Part shown: positions 1-10,700 of the stretch, in pieces | Layout: every line of letters starts with the position of its first letter | Position numbering within the stretch: position 1 is the first letter of the stretch | DNA from: Squalus acanthias | Lineage: Eukaryota | NCBI GenBank assembly: GCA_030390025.1 | Contig: CM059432.1 | Coordinates: 107,262,001-107,326,000, forward strand | Direction: 5' to 3' | DNA length: 64,000 nt | The notes under the pieces: generated by a model | Database searches by the model: none | The model's input: the letters and a program-made list of their open reading frames with translations, nothing else | Told to the model about the DNA's origin: nothing | Program-made: the position numbers and the translations under genes

Positions 1-3000
1 TGATGCTGTGCCCTCAGAGGTTGCAGCTTCCTCTGAGGAGTCTGGATGCTCAGGCTGGTCCTCCTGGCTAGTGGTTGCGATGGTCCTGTGGGGGAGTAAA
101 GGAAAGAGTCAGAGATGTGATGCCAAGGTTACATGCATATTGCAGATGATCATAAATCTATCTGTTAGAGCTTCAGATTCATTATCAGTGACTCATGCAA
201 TGTCAATGAGAGAGATGGAACACTATTCAGTCACCAGCTTGCTGTGATGCACCCGTCTGTCCGTCCCCCACTTGTGTATCGTCCTCCACTCCCACGATCT
301 CCAGGACCGCATCCTCCCAGGTGGTGAGCTGGGCTAATGAAGGTGGCTCTTTCCCTTTTATTGTGAGCTCTCTTTTCCTACAATGAGGGAGACAAGTGGA
401 GTTTGAGTGAGATTGAAGGAGTGAGTGTAGAGAGTCCATAGCATAGATACATAGATACATAGATACATAGATACATAGAAGATAGGAGCAGGAGTAGGCC
501 ATCCGGCCCTTCGAGCCTGCTCCGCCATTTAATGAGATCATGGCTGATCCTCCAATTCAGTATCCCGTCCCCGCCTTCTCTCCGTAACCCTTAACCCCTT
601 TTGCCTGTAGAAATATATCTAATTCCCTCTTAAATATATTTAATGAGCTGGCGTACACTGCCCTCTGTGGCAATGAGTTCCACAGGTTCACCACCCTCTG
701 AGTGAAGAAATTCCCCCTCATTTCTGTCCTAAATGGTTTAGCCCTTATCCTTAAATTATGTATTCTAGTTCTGTTCTCACCCGCCAAGGGAAACATTCCT
801 TCTGCATCTAGTCTGTCTAGACCTGTCAGAATTTTATACACTTCTATGAGGTCCCCTCTCAATCTTCTAAACTCCAGTGTGTACATCCCTAAACTACATA
901 GTCTCTCCTCAGAGGTCAATCCCGCCATTCCTGGTATCAGCCTGGTGAATCGCCGCTGCACCCCCTCCATGGCAAGAACATCTTTCCTCAGATGAGGCGA
1001 CCAAAACTGTACACAGTACTCGAGGTGTGGTCTCACCAGTGCCCTGTACAGCTGCAGCAAGGTATCCCTGTTCCTGTATTCCAACCCTTTTGCTATGAAG
1101 GCCAGCATACCGTTTGCCTTCTTGACCGCCTGTTGCACCTGCATGCTCGCCTTCAGTGACTGGTGTACAAGAACACCCAGGTCTCTCTGTACTTCCCCCT
1201 CTCCCAATTTATTGCCATTTAAATAATAATTTGCCCTCCCGTTCCTGCACCCAAGGTGGATAACTTCGCACTTGTCCACATTATAGTGCATCTGCCATTT
1301 ATCCGCCCAATCACCCAGTCTGTCCAAATCGCTCTGGAGCTTCCTGGTCTCCTCCTCTGAGCCCACCCCCCCTCCTAGTTTAGTGTCGTCTGCAAATTTG
1401 GAAATGCTGCATCCGACTCCCTGATCCAGGTCATTAATGTAAATTGTGAACAGCTGGGGACCCAGGACAGATCCCTGTGGTACCCCACTTGTTACTGCCT
1501 GCCATTCAGAAAATGAGCCGTTTATTCCAACTCTCTGTTTTCTATCTGACAGCCAGTTCTCTATCCACGTCAATACTTTCCCCTTTATCCCATGAGCTTC
1601 AATTTTCCATGCTAATCTTTTATGTGGGACCTTATCGAAGGCCTTTTGGAAGTCCAGGTACACCACATCTACTGGCTCTCCCCCATCTATTTTACCAGTT
1701 ACTCCCTCAAAAAATTCCAATAGATTAGTCAAGCACGATTTACCCTTTGTAAATCCATGTTGACTCTGTCCTATCCTGTCCCCATTTGCTAAGTGCTCTG
1801 CTATTTCATCCTTAATGATGGACTCCAGCATTTTGCCCACAACTGATGTAAGGCTTACAGGTCTGTAATTACCTGCTTTTTCCCTACCCCCCTTTTTGAA
1901 TAGTGGGGTAACGTTAGCTACCCTCCAATCCATGGGCACTGTTCCCGAGTCTAATGAATTCTGAAAAATCATACTTAGTGCATCCGCTATCTCTAGGGCC
2001 ACCTCCTTCAGTACCCTAGGATGCATGTTATCAGGCCCTGGGGATTTGTCCGCCTTCAATCCCTTTAGCTTCCTTAACACCATATCCTTAGAGATATTGA
2101 TTTGCGTCAGTTCCTCCTTTGCCAATGTACCTATTTTTCCCGATATCCCAGGGAGGTTTTTTGTGTCTTCCTTCGTAAAGACTGACCCAAAGTATGCATT
2201 TAGTTGGTCTGCCATTTCCTTATTTCCCGTTATATATTCCCCCGTATCTGACTGCAATGGACCAACTTTGGTTTTCACCAGTCTTTTCCTCTTGATATAC
2301 TTATAAAAGCTTTTGGAGTTAGTTTTTATATTTTCCGCCAGCTTGCTTTCGTAAGCTATTTTGCCCCTCTTGATTAAGCCCTTTGTCCTCCTTTGCTCTA
2401 TCTTAAACTGTTCCCAATCTTCCGCTCTGGCGCTTTTTTGGGCTATTTTATACGCCCTATCTTTGGATTTTATGCTGTCTCTAATTTCCCCTGTTATCCA
2501 CGGTTGAGTCACCTTTTTAGATTTCCTTTTATGCCAGATTGGTATAAACAATTTTTGCAATTTTGTCATTCTATCTTTAAATGCTTGCCATTGTTTATCT
2601 ACCTCCAGTCCTCCCAGGAACGTTGTCCAATCAGACCTACTCAGTTCTCGTCTAATGGCATCATAATTCCCCTTGTTTAAATTCAGGACCTTAGTCTCTG
2701 AGTCAATTTCTTCGCTCTCCATTTCGAGTGAGAAATCGATCATGTTATGATCGCTCTGACCCAAGGGTCCCCGTACAACAAGATTACTAATTAGTCCCTT
2801 CTCATTGCACAGTACCCAGTCCAATATAGCCTGTTCCCGAGTTGGTTCCTCGACATATTGATCCAGATAACCATCCCTTAAACACTCAAGGAATTCCTCC
2901 TCCTCATTATTTTTACTGATTAGGCTAGTCCAATCTATATGTAAGTTAAAGTCACCTATGATGACAGCTGTGCTCTTATTGCACGCTTCTCTAATTTCCC

Positions 3001-3976
3001 TCGTGATGCCCTCCCCAACCTCTATTTTACTATTTGGAGGCCTATATACCACTCCTATTAATGTTTTTCGCCCCTCGCTATTTCTTAGCTCCACCCATAT
3101 AGATTCTGTATTAACTGAGTTAATATCCTTCCTTTCAATTGCATTTATCCCCTCTTTTACCAGCAATGCTACCCCTCCTCCCTTTCTTTTTTGTCGATCC
3201 TTCCTAAATACTGAATGCTTAGAAGGAAACAAAGATGGAGTGAGGTGGCAAGACCAAGGGCCCTCCCTGTGTGTTGTAAGTTGTTTTCATAGCATGACAG
3301 TGATAGGGAGTGTGAGGGCTGCATAGTCGAATAGTAAGGTGAATGTGACCATAGAGGGAGAGGGAATGGGTAAGGGTGCATGGATGTCAGTGTCAAGTGG
3401 GATATGGAGGAAGAGGTTGCTAAAGCTGAGTGCTGGTGAGGAGAGGCAATGGGGATCAGATTGAGGGTGAAGGGAAAGTCATACTCACTTTTGCAGTGCG
3501 TAGAAGGCCATGAAACCTCTTCCTGCACTGGAGCCAGGTTCTGTGGGTGATGGATAAAGAGTTGACCTCCTGGGCGACCTGGACCCACACAGCCTTGGTC
3601 TGCTGGGGAGGCTTCTTCCTCCCTGAGGAAGGGAAGAGCACCTCTCTGTTGGCTCTTGCTCCCTCCACTAAAGCTCGAACCTGGGAGCAGACATGGGTCT
3701 TTGGCTGGCCATTCCTCCTCCAACTATCTAAGATACAAGCCCAGAAGCTTGGCAGTCTGTAGAAGAAGCAAGGCTTGTTGCAGACCTTAAATGCAGCAGC
3801 AATGATGACGTCATCGGAGGCGACTTTCAGACTGGAATAACTCATTGGCCATGGGTTCCCACACGTTGGAACTCAATTGGCCAATTAAGTTAAAATCGCA
3901 TCGATCTAGATTCGAGTGGGCAACACGAAAAGCGGATAACACGACCCCAACCCGCCTCAGTATCAAAATCCAGCCC
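1..3976 (-). mobile_element. PIF/Harbinger element (partial, runs off the left edge) with a decayed, intron-containing Myb/SANT gene; CR1 inserted in its first intron
   Basis: TIR CAAAATCCAGCCC ends at 3976. Exon 1 about 3489-3712 (LVEGARANREVLFP...[18 protein letters not shown]|gtgag); exon 2 235-377 ([10 protein letters not shown], frameshifted). Colinear with the element at 22705-26239. Confidence 0.85.
442..3216 (-). mobile_element. CR1 LINE, 5'-truncated, with uninterrupted ORF2 (partial APE endonuclease plus reverse transcriptase)
   Basis: ORF 557..3232: YRPP, GDFN, SDH endonuclease motifs; [30 protein letters not shown] motifs; 3' tail (TCTATGTA)n at 442-479. Confidence 0.96.
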
Positions 3977-4149
3977 TTCCTGTCCAAATTAGACAACCCA
4001 TCAACATATAAATGACATCTAAGTGTTGTAAGCGATTATTGATGTGTCTGTAGATTGACTTGTATGTTGAGTAAGTACAGCATTCACAATGAGCAAATGT
4101 TGATCTCTTCTCCATTTCTGTGCTATGAATACTGCTAGAAATACTGAAA

Positions 4150-4442
4150 ACACATGTCGTCCCAAGGTTGTACTTTCACCTGACCCTTGCCGAAGTGTCG
4201 CAGAACACACTCATTAAACTGGATCGGATAATCCGTAACACCACAAAAGAATTCCTACACCTGCCTCCCCACACAACTGACGGAATCCTATACTGCAGCA
4301 ACAGGAACGGAGGGCTCGGTATGCCTAAACTGGAGGTACAAATCCCATCTGCAATAATTCGGAAACGGGAGTCACTACAGATGTCAGATGACACAGTGAT
4401 TAAGGCGTCTTTCCAATACCGGGGCGAGAACAATGAGGACAA
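4150..4442 (+). mobile_element. Fragment of an R2-group (RLE-type) non-LTR retrotransposon, RT thumb region
   Basis: LDRIIRNTTKEFLHLPPHTTDGILYCSNRNGGLGMPKL resembles the post-RT GGLG motif of R2/NeSL/R4-like elements; exact clade not assignable. Confidence 0.6.
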
Positions 4443-4671
4443 CTGGTTCAGAAACTCCTCAAATTTAAAATTCTATTCATTGTTTTCAAATCCCTCCGTG
4501 GCCTCGCCCCTCCCATATATGTAACCTCCTCCAGCCCCACAATCCTCTGAGAACTCTGTATTCCTCCAATATATTTGAATTTGATATTGATTAATTTTTC
4601 GACTTAGAACCGACTCCTGGGGTTAATTTTTACCACCCCACGCTGCAACATTAAGAAATAAACAAACTTAC

Positions 4672-4713
4672 CGCTGGCTTCTGATCATTTATCTTTGGGA
4701 ATGAGTTTGGTGC
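4672..4713 (-). CDS. COL15A1: Collagen XV hinge exon, [14 protein letters not shown] (42 bp), immediately before the endostatin-like domain
   Basis: aatcag|GCACCA...CCAGCG|gtaag; ends in KPA as recalled for collagen XV (YEKPA|LHL). Confidence 0.85.
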
Positions 4714-7700
4714 CTGATTTACAAAAAGAAACACAAAAAAAAAATCATAAACCGTTTGGAAGCGTTCCCTTGCTTCATTTTAAATTTAAGAGCAAGTTAG
4801 AAGTTCTTACTTACTGAGATAGAGTTAACTGATTGAAACGGATCATCGGCGGGAGCAGGAATCAGATCACCAAGCTGCCATCAGAATCACAAAAAAACTA
4901 TTTAAAACTCTGACTCAACAATAAACTGCAGAATTAGAGCTCAGAATTAGAAACTTACCTGGAGCTTTCTCCAACCATTGTAAACTCGAATGTAAAGGTC
5001 ACCCCTATCTGTAACATAGCCCAAGGAACCTTCAGACATTGAATAGGTTGTTTTATGCATAAGGTCCATGTTGTTGAACACTGCTACCTATTCAGGACAT
5101 GAAATAAACAAGATTAGACATTGTCATAATGTTATTAAATCAGAAATATTTAACAAGATGGAACTAAATGAGATAAGATTTATAGGATGAATGATCATTT
5201 CATTCAAAATTCTTGGTAACAATACTACATAGAATTACATAGAAAATCTCCCTGAGGAAGCTGTAGAAAAAATTCCAAGCAGAAGTAACCAACAGAATCA
5301 CCTTGTGGTAAGGATAAAAGTTACTACCCTCTATAAACTTGAGCTCATCCAAAACTCTGCTGCCGTATCCTAACTCTCACCAAGTCCTGTTGACCCATCA
5401 CTCCTATGGTCGCTGATCTACATTGGCTCCTGGTTCAGAAACTCCTCAAATTTAAAATTCTATTCATTGTTTTCAAATCCCTCCGTGGCCTCGCCCCTCC
5501 CATATATGTAACCTCCTCCAGCCCCACAATCCTCTGAGAACTCTGTATTCCTCCAATTCTGGCCTCTTATGTATCCCTGACTTCGCTCCACCATGGCTTC
5601 AGCTGTCTAGGCCTTAAGCTCTGGAATTTCCTCCTTAAATCTCTCTGCTCACTCTCATCCTTTAAGATGCTCCTTTTGTCCTAATGTCTTCTTCTTTGGT
5701 TCGGTGTGAATTTTATGTCTGATTACGCACCTGTGAAACACCTTGGGATGTTTTACTACATTAAAGGCGCTATAGAAATGCAAGTTGTTGTAGTGGGCAC
5801 CTCATGGTGCCAAACGGAAGCTAGTAACATCCCTTCAACCTCTAGCACACTTTACTACACCCAGAGAAAGGCCAACAGTATGTGGCACACAATACTGATA
5901 AATCGAATTTTGTTTCTAGTTTCTGATTCTTTTATTTGTTCTCAGGATGTGGCCGATGCTGGCAAGGCCGGCATTTATTGGCCATTCATATTTTTCCTGA
6001 AAGGGTGGTGGTGGGCATTCTCCTTGAATCGCTGCAGTCTTTGTGGGAATGGTGCTCCCACAGTGGCACTAGGTAGGCAGTTCTAGGATACCGATCCAGC
6101 GACGGTGAAGGTATGGCAATATATGTCTAAGTTAGGATGGTGTACGACTTGGAAGTGATGGTATTCCTGTGACATTGCTGCTCTTGTCCTTCTAGAGGTC
6201 ACAGGGCAGGGAGTTGTCCATTTATCCATGAAAAGCGTGGGCCAATGGTCTTGACTATGATACATGAAATGTTTTTGATATATATTAATGGTCTATACTT
6301 GGGTATAGAGGGCATAATTTCAAAGTTTGCAGATCACACAAAACTCACAAATGTAGTTAACAGTGAGGAGGATAGTAACAGACTTCAGGAGGACATAGAC
6401 AGACTGATGAAATGGGCAGACACATGGCAGATGCAATTTAACGCAGAGAAGTGTGAAGCGCTGTATTTTGGTAGGAAGAATAAGGAGAGACAATATAAAC
6501 TAAATGGTACAATTTTCAAGTGGGTGCAAAAACAGAGACCTGGGGGCATATGCACACAAATCTTTGAAGATGGCAGGACAAGGTGAGAAGGTTATTTCAA
6601 ACCATATGGGATCCATGGCTTTACAAACAGAGGCATAGGTACAGAAGCAAGGAAGTTATGCTAAACATAAGATTATAAGGACATAAGAATTAGGAGCAGG
6701 AGTAGGCCATATGGCTCCTCGAGCCTTCTCTGCCATTCAATACAATCAAGGCTGATCATCGGCCTCAACTCCACTTTCCCGCCCGATTTCCATATCCCTT
6801 GATTCCCCTAGAGTCCAAAAATCTATCTATCTCAGCCTTGAATATACTCAACGATATCCCTTTGGGGTAGAGAATTCCTAAGTTTCACAACCGTTTGATT
6901 CAAGAAATTCCTCCTCATCTCAGTCTTAAATGGCTGACCCCTTATCCTGAGACAATGTCCCCTAGTATAGGCCCAATTTACTCAATCTCTCCTCAGAGGA
7001 CAACCCTCTCATCCCAGGAATCAATCCAGTGAACATTCATTGCACCACCTCTAAGAATCTTTCCTCAGATAAGGAGACCAAAACTGTGCACAGTACTCCA
7101 GGTGTGGTCTTACCAAAGCCCTGTACAATTGTAGCAAGACTTCCTTACTCTTGTACTCCAACCCCCTTGCAATAAAGGCCAACATGCCATTTGCCTTCCT
7201 AATTGCTTGCTTTACCTCTGTATTTTCTGTACGAGGACACCTAAATCTCTCTGAACACCAACATTTAATAGTTTCTCACCATTTAAAAAATATTCTGTTT
7301 TTCTATTCATCCTGCCAAAGTGAATAACCTCACATTTCCCTACATTATACTCCATCTGCCACCTTATTGCCCACTCACTTAACCTGTCTATATCCCTTTG
7401 CAGGCTCTTTGTGTCCTCCTCACAGCTTACTTTCCCACCTAGCTTTGTATCGTCAGCAAACTTAGATACATTACACTCGGTCCCTTCATCTAAGTCATTA
7501 ATATAAATTGTAAATAGCTGAGGCCCAAGCATTGATCCTTGCGGCACCTCACTAGTTACAGCCTGCCAACCTGAAAATGACCCATTTATCCCTACTCTCT
7601 ATTTTCAGTCCGTTAACCAATCCTCTATCCATCCTAACTTATTACCCCCAACCGCATGAGACCTTATCTTGCATAACAACCCTTTATGTGGTGCCTTACT

Positions 7701-10700
7701 GAATCCCTTTTGGAAATCCAAATATACTACATACACTGGTTCCCCTCTATCTACCCTGCTAGTTACATCCACAAAAAACTTTAATAAATTTGTTAAACAC
7801 AATTTCCCTTTCATAAAACCATGTTGACTCTGCCTAATCATATTATGGTTTTCAAAATGCCCTGTTATCACTTCCTTAATAATGGATTCCAGCATTTTCC
7901 TGACAAATGATGTCAGGTAGTTCCCTGTTTTCTCTCTCCCTCCTTTCTTGAACAGCGGGGTTACATTTGCGACCTTCCAATCTGCTGGGACCATTCTAGA
8001 ATCTAGGAAATTTTGGGAGATCACAACCAATGCATCCACTATCTCAACAGCCACCTCTTTTAGAACTCTAGGATGTAGGCCATCAGGTCCAGGGGATGTC
8101 AGCTTTTAGTCCCATTAGTTTCTCAAATACTTTTTCTCTCCTGATTTAATTACTTTAAGTTCCTCACTCTCATTAGTTCCCCCACTATTTTTGGTATGCT
8201 TTTTGTGTCCTCTACTGTGAAGACAGGTACAAAATATTTGTTTAAAGTCTCTGCCATTTCCTTATTCCCCATTATAATTTCTCCTGTCTCAGCCTCTAAG
8301 CGACCAATGCTTACTTTTGCTACACACTTCCTTTTTACATACTTGTCGAAGCTCTTACAATCTGTTTTTATATTTCTTGCTAGTTTACTCTTATATTCTA
8401 TTTTCTCCCTTTATTATCAATTTTTTGGTCATCCTTTGCTGGTTTCTAAAGCTCCCCCAATCCTCAGGCTTACTAGTATTCTTCGCAACATTACAAGCCT
8501 ATTCTGTAAATCTAACACTATCCTTAACTTCTTTAGTTAGCCACGGATGGATCACTTTTCCTGTGGAGTTTTTATTTCTCAATGGAATGTATATTCGTTG
8601 AGAATTTTGGATATTTCTTTAAACCTTCATAAATCACTGGTTAGGTCCCAGCTGGAGTATTGTGGCTAATATTGTGAACTGAGCTTTAGTGAGGATGTCA
8701 ATGCCTTAGAGAGGTTGCAGAGAAGATTTACTAGAATGGTACCAGGGATGCCGGACTTCAGTTACGTGGAGAGATTAGAGAAGCTGGGGATTGTTCTCCT
8801 TAGAGCAGAGAATGTTAAGGGGATATTTAATAGAGGTGTTCAAAATCATGAAAGGAAGAGTAAATAAAGAGAAACTGTTTCCAGTGGCTAAAGGGTCGGT
8901 AACCAAAAGACACAGATTACTGGCAAAAGAACCAGAGGGGAGATGAGGAGAATTTTTTTATGCACCATGTTGTTATGATCTGGAGTGCATTGTCTGAAAA
9001 GGTGGTGGAAGCAGTTTCAGTAGTAACTTTCAAAAGGGAATTGTAAGTTAAAATCAGAGCTCCCTGGATGACGAAACAGATAGAGAATATGATGAAGCAG
9101 AAAAAGAGCGCGTATGACTGATGTCAGGTTGCAAATACATCTGAGAATTAGGCTATATATAGAAAGGTCAGAGGAGAAGTGAAAAAGAAAATAAGAGAGG
9201 CAAAGAGAGGATATAAGAATAGAATGGCAGCTAACATAAAAGGTAATCCAAAAGTCTTCTATAGGCATATAAATAGTAAAAGGGTAGTAAGAGGAGGGGT
9301 GGGGCTGATTAGGGACTAAAAAGGAGACCCATGCATGAGGCAGAGGGTATGGTTGAGTTACTAAACGAGTACTTTGCATCTGTCTTCACCAAGGAAGAGG
9401 ATGCTGCCATAGACATAGTGAAGACACTTGACAGGATAAAAATTGATAAAGAAGAGGTATTAGAAAGGCTGGCTGTACTTAAAGTAGATAAATCACCAGG
9501 AGCGAATGGGATGCGTCTTAGGATGCTGAGGGAATTGAGGGCGGAAATCGCGGAGGTACTGGCCATAATATTCCAATCCTCCATAGATACAGAGGTGGTG
9601 CCAGAGGACTGGAGAATTGCAAATGTTACACCCTTGTTCAAAAAAGGGTGTAAAGATAAACCCAGCAACTACAGGCCGGTCAGTTTAACCTCGGTAGTGG
9701 GGAAGCTTTTAGAAACAGTAATCATGGACAAAATCAACAGTCACTTGGATAGGGGTGTATTAATTAAGGAAAGCCAGCAGGAATTTGTTAAAGGCAAATT
9801 GTATTTAACCAACTTGATCGAGTTTTTTGATGAGGTAACAGAGAGGGTTGATGAGGGTAATGTGGTTGACGTAGTGTACATGGATTTCCAAAATGTGTTC
9901 GACAAAGTGCCACATAATAGGCTTGCCAGCAAAATTGAAGCCCATAGAATAAAAGGGACAGTGGCAGCCTGGATACGAAATTGGCTAAGTGACAGGAAAC
10001 AGAGAGTAGTGGTGAATGGTTGTTTTTCGGACAGGAGGAAGTTATACAGTGGTGTTCCCCAGGAGTCGGTTCTAGGACCACTGCTTTTCTTGATTAATAT
10101 TAATGACTTGAACGTAGGTGTACAGGGCACAATTTCAAAATTTGCAGATGACACAAAACTTGGAAGTATAGTGAATAGTGAGCGGGAGAGTGATAAACTT
10201 CAGGAAGACATAGACAGGCTGGTGAAATGCGCAGACACATAGCAGATGAAATTTAATGCAAAAAAGTGTGAAGTGATGCATTTTGGTAGAAAGAATGAGG
10301 AGAGGACATATAAACTAAATGGTACAATCCTAAAGTGGGTGCACGAACAGAGAGACCTGGGGGTATGTGTGCATAAATCGTTGAAGGTGGCAGGACAGGT
10401 TGAGAAAGCAGTTAAAAAGGCCCACGGGATCCTGGGCTTCATAAATAGAGGTATAGAGAACAAAAGTGTGGAAATGATGATGAACCTGTATAAAACACTG
10501 GTTTGGCCCCAACTGGAGTATTGTGTCCAAATCTGGGCACCGCACTTTAGGAAGGATGTGAAGGCCTAAGAGAGGGTGCAGAAAAGATTTATGAGAATGA
10601 TTCCAGGAATGAGGGACTTCAGTTACGTTGATAGACTGGAGAAGCTGGGGTTGTTCTCCTTAGAGCAGAGAAGATTGAGAGGAGATTTGATAGTTCAAAA

